Shown here piece after piece: positions 25,456-38,335 of a stretch of 55,517 nt of DNA. The notes under the pieces are model-generated. The model saw only the letters and a program-made list of their open reading frames with translations, did not search any database and was not told the DNA's origin. How positions within the stretch are numbered: position 1 is the stretch's first letter; each line of letters begins with the position of its first letter. This stretch comes from Macrostomum lignano. Lineage: Eukaryota. The position numbers were made by a program, and so were the translations under genes. The DNA is taken from the NCBI GenBank assembly GCA_002269645.1, contig NIVC01000335.1:1-55517 (forward strand). The letters are read 5' to 3'.

Positions 25456-28400
25456 ACAACAGACACTGACAGACAAGGAAACAGACACTGACACACACAA
25501 GGACAACAGACACTGACACACACAAGGACAACAGACACTGACAGACAAGGACAACAGACACTGACAGACAAGGACAACAGACACTGACAGACAAGGAAAC
25601 AGACACTGACACACACAAGGACAACAGACACTGACACACACAAGGACAACAGACACTGACAGACAAGGACAACAGACACTGACAGACAAGGACAACAGAC
25701 ACTGACACACAAGGACAACAGACACTGACACACACAAGGACAACAGACACTGACACACACAAGGACAACAGACACTGACACACACAAGGACAATAGACAC
25801 TGACACACACAAGGACAACACACACTGACACACACAAGGACAACAGACACTGATACACACAAGGACAACAGACACTGACACACACACAAGGACAACAGAC
25901 ACTGACACACACAAGGACAACAGACACTGACAGACACAAGGACAACAGACACTGACAGACACAAGGACAACAGACACTGACAGACAAGGACAACAGACAC
26001 TGACACAAGGAAAACAGACATTGACACACACAAGGACAACAGACACTGACACACACAAGGACAACAGACACTGACAGACACAAGGACAACAGACACTGAC
26101 ACACACAAGGACAACAGACACTGACAGACAAGGAAACAGACACTGACACACACAAGGACAACAGACACTGACACACACAAGGACAACAGACACTGACAGA
26201 CAAGGACAACAGACACTGACAGACAAGGACAACAGACACTGACACACAAGGACAATAGACACTGACACACACAAGGACAACAGACACTGACACACACAAG
26301 GACAACAGACACTGATACACACAAGGACAACAGACACTGACAGACACAAGGACAACAGACACTGACAGACAAGGACAACAGACACTGACACAAGGAAAAC
26401 AGACATTGACACACACAAGGACAACAGACACTGACACACACAAGGACAACAGACACTGACAGACACAAGGACAACAGACACTGACACACACACAAGGACA
26501 ACAGACACTGACACACAAGGACAACAGACACTGACACACAAGGACAACAGACACTGACACACACAAGGACAACAGACACTGACACACACAAGGACAACAG
26601 ACACTGACACACAAGGACAACAGACACTGACACACAAGGACAACAGACACTGACACACAAGGACAACAGACACTGACACACACAAGGACAACAGACACTG
26701 ACACACAAGGACAACAGACACTGACACACAAGGACAACAGACACTGACACACAAGGACAACAGACACTGACACACACAAGGACAACAGACACTGACACAC
26801 ACAAGGACAACAGACACTGACACACAAGGACAACAGACACTGACACACAAGGACAACAGACACTGACACACAAGGACAACAGACACTGACACACACAAGG
26901 ACAACAGACACTGACACACAAGGACAACAGACACTGACACACAAGGACAACAGACACTGACAGACACAAGGACAACAGACACTGACAGACAAGGACAACA
27001 GACACTGACACACAAGGACAACAGACACTGACAGACAAGGACAACAGACACTGACAGACAAGGACAACAGACACTGACACACACACAAGGACAACAGACA
27101 CTGACAGACAAGGACAACAGACACTGACAGACAAGGACAACAGACACTGACACACAAGGACAACAGACACTGACACACAAGGACAACAGACACTGACAGA
27201 CACAAGGACAACAGACACTGACAGACAAGGACAACAGACACTGACACACAAGGACAACAGACACTGACAGACAAGGACAACAGACACTGACAGACAAGGA
27301 CAACAGACACTGACACACACACAAGGACAACAGACACTGACAGACAAGGACAACAGACACTGACAGACAAGGACAACAGACACTGACACACAAGGACAAC
27401 AGACACTGACACACAAGGACAACAGACACTGACACACAAGGACAACAGACACTGACAGACACAAGGACAACAGACACTGACACACAAGGACAACAGACAC
27501 TGACAGACACAAGGACAACAGACACTGACAGACAAGGACAACAGACACTGACAGACAAGGACAACAGACACTGACACACAAGGACAACAGACACTGACAC
27601 ACAAGGACAACAGACACTGACACACAAGGACAACAGACACTGACAGACACAAGGACAACAGACACTGACAGACAAGGACAACAGACACTGACAGACAAGG
27701 ACAACAGACACTGACACACAAGGACAACAGACACTGACACACAAGGACAACAGACACTGACACACAAGGACAACAGACACTGACAGACACAAGGACAACA
27801 GACACTGACAGACAAGGACAACAGACACTGACAGACAAGGACAACAGACACTGACACACAAGGACAACAGACACTGACACACAAGGACAACAGACACTGA
27901 CACACAAGGACAACAGACACTGACAGACACAAGGACAACAGACACTGACAGACACAAGGACAACAGACACTGACAGACAAGGACAACAGACACTGACAGA
28001 CAAGGACAACAGACACTGACACACAAGGACAACAGACACTGACAGACACAAGGACAACAGACACTGACACACAAGGACAACAGACACTGACAGACACAAG
28101 GACAACAGACACTGACAGACAAGGACAACAGACACTGACAGACAAGGACAACAGACACTGACACACAAGGACAACAGACACTGACACAAGGACAACAGAC
28201 ACTGACACACAAGGACAACAGACACTGACACACAAGGACAACAGACACTGACAGACAAGGACAACAGACACTGACACACACAAGGACAACAGACACTGAC
28301 ACACAAGGACAACAGACACTGACACACAAGGACAACAGACACTGACACACAAGGACAACAGACACTGACACAAGGACAACAGACACTGACACACAAGGAC

Positions 28401-28665
28401 AACAGACACTGACACACAAGGACAACAGACACTGACACACAAGGACAACAGACACTGACACACACAAGGACAACAGACACTGACACACAAGGACAACAGA
28501 CACTGACACACACAAGGACAACAGACACTGACACACAAGGACAACAGACACTGACACACAAGGACAACAGACACTGACACACACAAGGACAACAGACACT
28601 GACACACAAGGACAACAGACACTGACACACACAAGGACAACAGACACTGACACACAAGGACAACA
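25456..28665. repeat. 3.2-kb minisatellite, 20-26-bp unit ACAAGGACAACAGACACTG(AC/AG)n
   Basis: Direct reading; stop-free on the minus strand, which produces the spurious >1100-aa ORFs. Confidence 0.98.
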
Positions 28666-29489
28666 GAGTAAGTAGTAGAATAGGAAAAAAAAGCAGAGCA
28701 ACGAAGAGGGAGAAGACGGCGAGGGCGAGAGAGAAAAACAGAGAGTGACCGACCAGCCCCACCCTGCCAGAGAAGGCGACGGAGATGGACAGCCCTGGGG
28801 GTGGGATGGGTTGAGGCCTGCAGCCCTGAAGAGCCTGAATATTCCACCAGGATGAGGGCGGATTGACGCGATGTCGCCCTCCAATAGGAGACGTCGCAGC
28901 GCCCAGTACAGTGCAGGCGGGGGCAGTGCAGAGGAGAGTCCACGGAAGGAGACGAGCGGTCCAACTGACCTGCTAGGAGACGGGGAGGAGGCTGGTGCAA
29001 TAGCAGCAAAGGACGAGGAAGCAAGAGAAAGCTGCTGCAGGGCATGGGATTGGGGAATCCTGGGATTCTGCTTATGATGAAGATGGAGCACGCGCGGGCT
29101 CACGGCCAGGGGTCAATCTCCCTTCCCGGCTTCCTCATCCCCTCGCTGTGAAACTCGGCCGAGCCCCCCCCCCATTACACACGCAGATCCCAGCAGCCCC
29201 CACCCCCACAGCCCCTCCCGCCTCAGCCAGCCGGCTTAATTCACACAAATACAGTTTCTCTGCTTCATCCCTCAAGCAGTCTCCACCCTCACCACACCTA
29301 AACACCCCGGCCAGCTCTGCAGTTTGAAGTGCCGCAGACTGTGTTCCAGTTTCCTCACCTGAAAAAAGTAGCAAAATGAAGCGGAGAGGCAGCCAAAGTA
29401 TGGAGCATGGTTATTAGCGATATGCCTCATCAAGTCTGCCGCCTCCTCCGGCTCTGACGGTTTGCCGCAAGCTTCCCAACTCGCTCGCC

Positions 29490-29583
29490 ATGAGGTGGGC
29501 GCCGTTGCCGACACCGCGGCTTGCCAGCTGCCTGATCGCCGCCTGCTTCTGCGTGCGGCTGTCGCTGCAGGTGCGAGAAAGCG
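29490..29583 (+). CDS. nAChR non-alpha subunit A (beta1/UNC-29-like), exon 1, signal peptide; spliced protein 547 aa
   Basis: MRWAPLPTPRLASCLIAACFCVRLSLQVRES G|GTAAGT, phase 1 compatible with exon 2. Confidence 0.75.
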
Positions 29584-29589
29584 GTAAGT

Positions 29590-29880
29590 TCACCTGCGCT
29601 TGGCTGATAATCCACCTGCGCTTGGCTGATAATCCACCTGTGCTTAGCTGATAATCCACCTGCGCTTAGCTGATAATCCACCTTTGCTTAGCTGATAATC
29701 CACCTGTACTTAGCTGATAATCCACCTGCGCTTAGCTGATAATCCACCTGCGCTTAGCTGATAATCCACTTGTGCTTATCTGATAATCCACATGTACTCA
29801 GCTGATAATCTATCTGTGCTCAGCTGATAATTCACCTTTGCTGGCTGCTGATCTACCTGCGTTGGCTGTTAATCCACCCT
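29590..29880. repeat. 22-bp repeat (CCACCTGCGCTTAGCTGATAAT) directly after the exon 1 donor
   Basis: Direct reading. Confidence 0.9.
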
Positions 29881-30109
29881 CCCCAACTGCTGATTCACCA
29901 GTCAAAGCTCCTTGATGTTCATCAGTGAATCCTATTCGCACATTTGTTTCAACTTTATTCAGTAACATGACGTCATTCCTGGAGATTTATCTGCTGTTCC
30001 GGTGTTTTCTTGATTCATGAATCTCGTAAATCTTCCAAAATAAAAATCTTTCGGTGAAATTTTCTAGAAATAATAGGAAGAAATAAATTTGAACCATTGG
30101 AGAAAGCCT

Positions 30110-31075
30110 CATTATCTGCCTCATATCTCCCTAGCTTCATTATCTGCCTCATATCTCCCTAGCTTCATTATCTGCCTCATATCTCCCTAGCTTCATTATC
30201 TGCCTCATATCTCCCTAGCTTCATTATCTGCCTCATATCTCCCTAGCTTCATTATCTGCCTCATATCTCCCTAGCTTCATTATCTGCCTCATATCTCCCT
30301 AGCTTCATTATCTGCCTCATATCTCCCTAGCTTCATTATCTGCCTCATATCTCCCTAGCTTCATTATCTGCCTCATATCTCCCTAGCTTCATTATCTGCC
30401 TCATATCTCCTTAGCTTCATTATCTGCCTCATATCTCCCTAGCTTCATTATCTGCCTCATATCTCCCTAGCTTCATTATCTGCCTCATATCTCCCTAGCT
30501 TCATTATCTGCCTCATATCTCCTTAGCTTCATTATCTGCCTCATATCTCCCTAGCTTCATTATCTGCCTCATATCTCCCTAGCTTCATTATCTGCCTCAT
30601 ATCTCTCTCCAACCTCATTATCTGCCTCATATCTCTCTCCAACCTCATTATCTGCCTCATATCTCCCTAGCTTCATTATCTGCCTCATATCTCTCTCCAA
30701 CCTCATTATCTGCCTCATATCTCCCCAGCTTCATTATCTGCCTCATATCTCTCTCCAACCTCATTATCTGCCTCATATCTCCCCAGCTTCATTATCTGCC
30801 TCATATCTCTCTCCAACCTCATTATCTGCCTCATATCTCCCTAGCTTCATTATCTGCCTCATATCTCTCTCCAACCTCATTATCTGCCTCATATCTCCCC
30901 AGCCTCATTAGCTGCCTCATATCTCTCCCCAGCCTCATTATCTGCCTCATATCTCTCCCCAGCCTCATTATCTGCCTCATACCTCTCTCCAACCTCATTA
31001 TCTGCCTCATATCTCCCCAGCCTCATTAGCTGCCTCATATCTCTCCCCAGCCTCATTATCTGCCTCATACCTCTC
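30110..31075. repeat. 28-bp minisatellite (TTCATTATCTGCCTCATATCTCCCTAGC)
   Basis: Direct reading. Confidence 0.96.
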
Positions 31076-31904
31076 TCTTCATCCTTATTCGTATATCGTA
31101 AAAGTTAAATCCTCATTAATCTCATTCTGTACCTCGCTGTCGTCCCTCTCTCCTACATCAGTTTCTGCCTCCATATTTCCTTCAATTTTCGCATCAATTT
31201 TCCCCACGCTCTGGGAGGGGAGTGCTAATTAACCAATAATTTCATCGGGCGGCAGGTGCTTCAAGCATGCAGAAATCGGACGAAGCGAGACGAGGAAACA
31301 TTAGAAATGTACTTTTAACCTTCAAGCTTATTCGCCTCGCGAAAGACCTCTCGATTTGATAAACTGTCTGGCTGAAATTATTGGAAATGAAAGCGTGTGA
31401 TACTCTTGCCTGTCAGACACCGATGCACTGAATTTTTTAATTGCTTTGTTAAATTTTTCTTAGCAAAAAAAGATAAGCACACAAGCTGAGGCAGACAGGG
31501 AGAGATGGAGTCTATTGCTCAGATATTTCTGAGTGATGTGCTCTGGGCATCTACATGCAGAACACGAATTACTTATTGACATTTCCGATCTCAAATCTCT
31601 GTACCGCTTAGGCACTGCCTGACTATCAGACTGCCTGTGTTTTCTGTGTTTGCCTAAGTCAACACGACTCGCTGATTCAGCATCAATGTGATGAGGCTAT
31701 ATAGCAATACTGTTATATCCAACTATTATAAGGACCAGCTATAGGCATACAAGAGTTCTTATGTCGTTTTAACCATGCATTTAATAAGCATAGCGGTCTG
31801 CATGACACTTCTTTTTAATGGCATCCACGGTAATGAATCGTGTATTGTTCATTATTAACGATTAAACAAAATAACGATTCCTAACGATGATATCGTCCAG
31901 TCAC

Positions 31905-32330
31905 CCAACCCTACACCTAACCTAACCTAAACCAGAAAACCTAGCCCTAAACTCTAAACCTAAACTTAACCCTAATCTTAACCTAAACCTAGACCTAGAC
32001 CTAGACCTAGACCTAACCCTAACCCTAAACCTAAACCTAAACCTAAACCTAAACCTAAACCTAAACCTACACCCAAACCCAAACCTAAACCTAAACCTAA
32101 ACCTAAACCTAAACCTAAACCTACACCAAACCTAAACCCAAACCCAAACCTAAACCTAAACCTACACCCAAACCTAAACCCAAACCCAAACCTAAACCTA
32201 AACCTAAACCTAAACCTACACCCAAACCTAAACCCAAACCTAAACCTAAACCTAAACCTAAACCTAAACCTAAACCTAGCCATAACCCAACCTTAACCAT
32301 AACTATAGCCATAGACAAAACCCTAACCCA
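31905..32330. repeat. Degenerate hexamer array (CCTAAA/CCCAAA/CCTAGA), telomere-like variant
   Basis: Direct reading; ends ~30 nt before the exon 2 acceptor. Confidence 0.92.
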
Positions 32331-32364
32331 AATTTCACATTAAAACACAACTGCACACTCGCAG

Positions 32365-32507
32365 GCCTGGGCAGCGATGACGAAGTGAAGCTGGTGAACC
32401 TGCTGTTCAAGCACAAAGGCTACAACAGGCTAATCAGGCCGGTGGCAGACCTGAACCAGACTGTCAAAGTCGCATTCGGACTGGCCATGGTGCAGCTGAT
32501 CAATGTG
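32365..32507 (+). CDS. nAChR subunit A, exon 2
   Basis: cgcAG|GC...GTG|GTGAGC; DDEVKLVNLLFKHKGYNRLIRPV...FGLAMVQLINV. Confidence 0.95.
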
Positions 32508-32676
32508 GTGAGCTGTGCGGTCTGCCCCGGTGGGGTGTAAAATATTCTAAAAGTGCAAATTTTACTTTGGATAATGGAATAAACACTACCCGAGTACCAC
32601 TGAGGAGCCAGTCATAAGCTTGTCAGGAAACGGACCAAGGCGGGCACAAGAAGTTTAAGGACACTGGCGCATCTTA

Positions 32677-33219
32677 TCAAACAAGAATCAAGTCGCCAGC
32701 CCTCCTGACCGTCGAGATATTCAACAATTCAGCCAGAATTCAGCCCCAGTGTCGAGACTTGATCAGAGACATCGGAGAAACTTGCAACAGGCTGTCCATA
32801 GTCACCTGGTGCCACCTGTTGAAGGTGCCGACGGCGTCCGGGTGATGACTAAATGCTCGAGAGACTAGCTGAGGATGTCCAGCAGTTAAGGCTTGCCCGC
32901 TGTCGAGGCTTGATCAGCGAAACTTGAGAAATTCGCGTCAAGGTCAAGGTGTCCATAGTCACATGGTGCCCCCTGTTGAAGGTCTTGAAGCTCCGCCTGG
33001 GTGAAGGCCAGTGGCCAACGAAGTCAGAGCTGATGCAGACACATGTGGTCGGCGTACTGATGAAATTTGGAGGCTTGGCAAGGTTGCACTGAGGCGCAGT
33101 GCTGGTTGGCGCACAGGGGTGTACTGAATACACTGGCGCTTATGGGAAAACCCGACCTTCTGGCAGAATCACTGAATATCTCGACGGTCCGGAGGGCTGG
33201 CGACTTGATTCTTGTTTGA
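32677..33219. mobile_element. Element with 62-bp terminal inverted repeats (MITE-like) in nAChR-A intron 2
   Basis: 32677-32738 and 33158-33219 are ~90% reverse-complementary; internal ~33-bp direct repeat near 32795 and 32951; no clear TSD. Confidence 0.6.
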
Positions 33220-33392
33220 GATTGTGCGCACAAAAATTTTAGGCCGTGTTCTTGAATTTCGTGTGCCTGCGTTGCTGAGTTCCGGCGCAGCAAAAAATTG
33301 TCAGGAGAGAATTACCTCCCTTTAGTAGTCAAAGTTCTCGTGTACGAGTATACGAAATATGATATTTCAAACCCGCTGATTTCTGCTTTCAG

Positions 33393-33437
33393 GAGGAGAA
33401 GAGTCAAATAATGAAAAGTAACGTCTGGCTACGAATG
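33393..33437 (+). CDS. nAChR subunit A, exon 3 (45 nt, loop D)
   Basis: tttcAG|EEKSQIMKSNVWLRM|GTACGA. Confidence 0.95.
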
Positions 33438-33532
33438 GTACGATGATTTAACTTTCATTTTGCTCTTCTGTTTATGACGGGGGGGAGCAGTTTCTGTTGT
33501 GGTTATTTTTTTGTCATACAATTATCGGGTCA

Positions 33533-33885
33533 TAGATACTTCAGGGTCATAGATACTTCAGGGCCATAGATACTTCAGGTTCATAGATACTTCAGGGTCA
33601 TAGACAGTTTCGGTCATTGACAGTTTGGGTCATAGATACTTCGGGTCATAGATAGATCGGGTCATAGACGATTCGGATCAGACAGGTTGGATCATAGACA
33701 GTTTTGGTCATAGACAGTTTTGGTCATAGACAGTTTGGGTCATAGAAAGTTTGGGTCATAGAAAGTTTGGGTCATAGAAAGTTTGGGTCTTAAATAATTT
33801 GGGTCATAGACAGTTTAGGTCATAGACAGTTTGGGTCATAGACAGTTTAGGTCATAGACAGTTTGGGTCATAGACAGTGTAGTTC
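33533..33885. repeat. 16-bp minisatellite (GGGTCATAGACAGTTT), intron 3
   Basis: Same family as 36068-36625. Confidence 0.93.
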
Positions 33886-33942
33886 ATAAACAGTATTCTC
33901 ATAACTAATAAATTATGAGAATCATTTCATAAATCATTTCAG

Positions 33943-34052
33943 ACGTGGGACGACTATCAGCTGCGCTGGGACCCCACGGACTTTGGCGGCATCAAAGTCA
34001 TTCGAGTCAACCCAAACAAAATATGGAAACCGGACATTGTTCTGTATAATAA
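33943..34052 (+). CDS. nAChR subunit A, exon 4 (loop A)
   Basis: tttcAG|[11 protein letters not shown]...[10 protein letters not shown](N)|GTGAGC, 110 nt. Confidence 0.95.
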
Positions 34053-34140
34053 GTGAGCCATTTGACTGATTTCTGTCACTAGATTGTCTCCTTAATTACG
34101 GATATTCGAAATGTAATTAAAAGTACATTTGATTTCGCAG

Positions 34141-34321
34141 CGCCGACGGCAAGTACGAAGTGTCCTGGCAGCCAAACATCCTCATCTTTAACACGGGCAA
34201 CATCCTGTGGATCCCGCCAGCGATTTACAAAAGCTCCTGCACCATCCACGTCCGGTACTTCCCGTTCGATCAGCAGGAGTGCGAGATGAAGTTCGGAAGC
34301 TGGACTTTCGACGCAACTCAG
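34141..34321 (+). CDS. nAChR subunit A, exon 5 (Cys-loop, loop B)
   Basis: cgcAG|...PPAIYKSSCTIHVRYFPFDQQECEMKFGSWTFDATQ|GTGATC, 181 nt. Confidence 0.96.
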
Positions 34322-34529
34322 GTGATCCTCTTAAGACTTGGGATCTTTTATGCGGCTTTATAAGTGGGACCTTAGAAGAATCGACTGCGGTGCTTGGAAG
34401 CTTTCAGGATTTTAATTAATTAAGATCAATCAGATTTTCAAATATTACGCTCGTAGGACATCAAAAGGTCGGCTTTTTAATGTGTCATTTCAATTTCCCA
34501 ATAATTTTTCATCCTTGCATTCTTAGACT

Positions 34530-35110
34530 ATGCATATCTTAGACTATGTGGATTATAAATCATTGGGATCTTAGATAATTGGGATTTTAGGGATTTTAAA
34601 TCACTGGCATCTTTAATAATTAGGATCTTAGATCTTAGGATTTTAAATCAGTGGGATCATAAATCATTGGGATCATTAATCTGTGGGATCTCAGATCATT
34701 GGGATCTTAGATCATTGGGACCTTAGATCATTGGGATCCTAGATCATTGGGATCTTAGATAATTGGGATCTTAGATCATTGGGATCTTAGATCATTGCGA
34801 TCTTAGATCATTGCGATCTTAGATCATTGGGATCCTAGATCATTGGGATCTTAGATAATTGGGACCTTAGATCATTGGGATCTTAGATCATTGGGATCTT
34901 AGATAATTGGGATCTTAGATCATTGGGATCTTAGATAATTGGGATCTTAGATCATTGGGATCCTAGATCATTGGGACCTTAGATCATTGGGATCTTAGAT
35001 CATTGGGATCTTAGATAATTGGGATCTTAGATCATTGGGATCATAGATCAGTGGGATCTTAGATCATTGGGATCATAGATCAGTGGGACCTTAGATCAGT
35101 GGGATATTGA
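34530..35110. repeat. 16-bp minisatellite (GGGATCTTAGATCATT), intron 5
   Basis: Direct reading. Confidence 0.94.
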
Positions 35111-35152
35111 ATCATCGGGTAATTAATCACCAGCGCCTCACGTGACCCGCAG

Positions 35153-36052
35153 GTCGGGCTGGACTGGTACGAAGGCGTGAAGTTCATGGACCTGAACGAT
35201 TACTGGCAGTCGGGCTCCTGGGACATCATCGACTGTCCGGGCAACATCACACAGATCGAGAAGGTCGGTCAGGCGCCCCAGACTATGATGATCTACACCA
35301 TCACCATCAGGCGGAAGACCCTGTTCTACACTGTCAACCTGATAATTCCCTGTGTTCTCATCTCCCTGCTCAGCGTGTGCGTTTTCTATCTGCCAGCGGA
35401 TGCTGGAGAAAAGATGACGCTCTGCATCTCGATTCTGCTGGCTCTGGTTGTGTTCCTCCTGCTAGTCAGCAAGATTCTGCCGCCGACTTCAATCTCAATA
35501 CCGCTGATCTCAAAGTACCTGCTGTTCACATTCATCATGAACATCATCACTATTGTGTTCACCGTGATCATCATCAACTGGAACTTCCGGACGCCGAGGA
35601 CGCACAAGATGCCGAACTGGGTCCGCCTGGTGTTTCTCAAATACCTGCCCAAGCTGCTGTGGATGAAGCGGCCAGAGCACATCAAACGCGAGGAGAATGA
35701 CAATTGGCGAATGGACCGCATGACCGACCGCTGCAACGGCGGCGAAACCGGCGGCGGAGTCAGTCGGCGTCGCCGACGCGACTTGCACAGCTTCGAGGAC
35801 GTCACTGGCGGAGGCCTGGATTTCGGCGTTAACGATGTCGACGACGTGGAACCGTCGCCGGAGCTGCTGGAGCTGCGCGACTTTCGACGGTCGGGCAGGT
35901 CGTCGATGCCGCCGGAAGAGACGGCCGAGGCCGCCGAGGCCGCCGAGCCGCAGAGATTTGCCGGAGTGGAGGTGACGCCTGAGCTGAGGAAGGCGATTGC
36001 GGCTATCAACTTCATCTCCACTCATCTGCGCATCGAGGACGAATACAAGCGG
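35153..36052 (+). CDS. nAChR subunit A, exon 6 (loop C without vicinal Cys, M1-M3, cytoplasmic loop)
   Basis: cgcAG|GTC...CGG|GTGAGT, 900 nt; RRKTLFYTVNL, GEKMTLCISILLALVVFLLLVSKILPPTS (cation-type M2). Confidence 0.97.
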
Positions 36053-36067
36053 GTGAGTTTCGGTTCT

Positions 36068-36625
36068 AGTCATAAACAGTTCGGGTCATAGACAGTTCGG
36101 GCCATGACAGTTCGGGTCATAGACAGTTCGGGTCTATGACCTATGGGTCTATAGACACTTGGGGTGTCATATACAGTTCGGGTCATAGACATTTCGGGTC
36201 ATAGACAGTTCGAGTCATAGACAGTTCGGGTCATAGACAGTTCGGGTCATCGACACTTGGGGGTGTCATATACAGTTCGGGTCATAGACATTTCGGGTCA
36301 TAGACAGTTCGAGTCATAGACAGTTCGGGTCATAGACAGTTCGGGTCATAGACACTTGGGGGTGTCATAGACAGTTCGGTCATAGACAGTTTGGGTCATA
36401 GACAGCTTTGATCTTAGACAGTTCGGTCATAGACAGTTTGGGTCATAGACAGCTTTGATCATGGACAGCTCGGGTCATAGACAGTTTGGGTCATAGACAG
36501 CTTTGGTCATAGACAGTTTGGGTCATAGACAGTTTGGGTCATAGACAGTTTGGGTCATAGACAGTTTGGGTCATAGACAGTTTGGGTCATAGACAGCTTT
36601 GATCATGGACAGCTCGGGTCATAGA
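36068..36625. repeat. 16-bp minisatellite (GGGTCATAGACAGTTC), intron 6
   Basis: Direct reading. Confidence 0.93.
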
Positions 36626-36652
36626 CCAAGCTACTCTCCCACGCTCCCGCAG

Positions 36653-36823
36653 GTGCTCCAAGACTGGAAATACGTGGCATCCGTGATTGACCGAGTCCAG
36701 CTGCTCATCTTCGGCGTGGTCACCCTGGTTGGCACCGGGGCGATTTTGTTGAACGCGCCGTTCATTTTGGATTTCGTCGACCAGACAGCCATCATCAACG
36801 CCCTGAAGGCAAAGACTGCCTGA
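36653..36823 (+). CDS. nAChR subunit A, exon 7 (M4, stop)
   Basis: cccgcAG|VLQDWKYVASVIDR...LKAKTA*. Confidence 0.96.
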   Translation: MLQDWKYVASVIDRVQLLIFGVVTLVGTGAILLNAPFILDFVDQTAIINALKAKTA

Positions 36824-37203
36824 TATGAAATGGAACCGGCCGGTTTGCTTACCTCCAATTGCCTTTCAGCGTTGCGAGCCCCTCAGCATATCAAATCTCA
36901 ACTGCAGCTATAGACACTCGATCATGGACAGCTAAAGCCAGAGTCTTTTGCTGTCCATGGATTTGATCTTCCTTATCATGTTTTGTAACAACACAAGCTT
37001 TAATGCATCGCTGCGTAGCATTGATACCTGTATGGGCATTGGCTAATTAGCATAATGAGCTTGAAATTTTTGAACTTTTTTTCTAATCATAATTTCCATG
37101 GTAGATCACACTGCACCTCCCACACTTTGTTCATTCAATTTTGTCCTATAGTTAATTTTTCTACATTCTGCATAGGCAACAAGTTTTGCCGAGAATTTTA
37201 ATT

Positions 37204-37209
37204 AATAAA
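37204..37209 (+). promoter_or_regulatory. Candidate polyadenylation signal of nAChR-A
   Basis: AATAAA about 380 nt after the stop in an AT-rich UTR. Confidence 0.45.
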
Positions 37210-37716
37210 CACGTCAGGTCGATGAAAACTGCATGACGATCTCAGTTCCTCAATGGCGTGCTTTTATGTCCATATTTGATTTCCCCGCGATCGAACTGTG
37301 ACCCGCACCGCCCCTCAAGCTTGATGAGGCTGGCGGCCCAACAAAGCAATTATTTTCCGTTTGGGAGAAAACCTGAGCTCGAGATTGCATGATTCTTCTT
37401 TGCGGGGGGAAGGAGATTGGAGAAGAGAGGAGGAGAGAGCGGGAGAACTAATTAACGAGATGGGTCCTTGGGATATCGAACTTTGCGGAGGCTGGATTCT
37501 GGGGATGATGGACCTCGGATTGAGTTCGGGTTCGAGAAGATGCTGGCTGTTTGCTTTTACAGCCTTCCCACAGCCATCCCAATGAGCTCTCGCTGCTTCA
37601 ACTCCATCCTTGATTTATTGTCACCAAGAGCGGAGTATTGGTGGGCAGATTCTCAGTACACGTGCAGCTGGTGAGCCCGCCACGGGTGCGCTGCACACTG
37701 GTTATGGGGGAGCCCG

Positions 37717-38335
37717 GAGTCTTGATGGGCGATTCTTTAGGGCGATTCTTTTGGGCGAATTCCATGGCTGGGGTGATTCTTTAGGGCGATTCCTTAACTG
37801 GGGCGATTTTTTGGCTGGGGCGATTCCTTGGCGGGGGAGATTCTTTGGCTGGGGCGATTTTTTGGCTGGGCCGATTCTTTGGCTGGGCCGATTCTTTGGC
37901 TGGGGAGATTCTTTGGCTGGGGCGATTCCTTGGCTGGGGCGATTTTTTGGCTGGGGCGATTTTTTGGCTGGGGCGATTTCTTGGCGGGGGCGATTCCTTG
38001 GCGGGGGCGATTCCTTGGCTGGGGCGATTTTTTGGCTGGGGCGATTCCTTGGCGGGGGAGATTCTTTGGCTGGGGCGATTTTTTGGCTGGGGGATTTCTT
38101 GGCGGGGGCGATTCCTTGGCGGGGGCGATTCCTTGGCTGGGGCGATTTTTTGGCTGGGGCGATTTCTTGGCGGGGGCGATTCCTTGGCGGGGGCGATTCC
38201 TTGGCTGGGGCGATTTTTTGGCTGGGGCGATTTCTTGGCGGGGGCGATTCCTTGGCGGGGGCGATTCCTTGGCGGGGGAGATTTTTTGGCTGGGGCGATT
38301 CTTTGGCGGGGCGATTCCTTGGCTGGGGCGATTTT
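37717..38335 (-). repeat. 17-bp minisatellite (GGCTGGGGCGATTCTTT), left arm of a second inverted pair
   Basis: Reverse complement of the 38877-39295 unit. Confidence 0.94.

Noticed and set aside
25215-29103. Three overlapping ORFs of 1146-1276 aa
   Set aside because: Translations of a stop-free minisatellite (VSVCCPC/CQCLLSL repeats), open in all three minus frames; no coding signal
31905-32330. True or healed telomere
   Set aside because: Units are mostly TTTAGG/TTTGGG hexamer variants inside an intron; better treated as an ordinary microsatellite
35153-36052. Alpha-type or anion-selective identity for the nAChR subunits
   Set aside because: No vicinal Cys in loop C, and M2 starts with GEK rather than the PAR motif of anion channels
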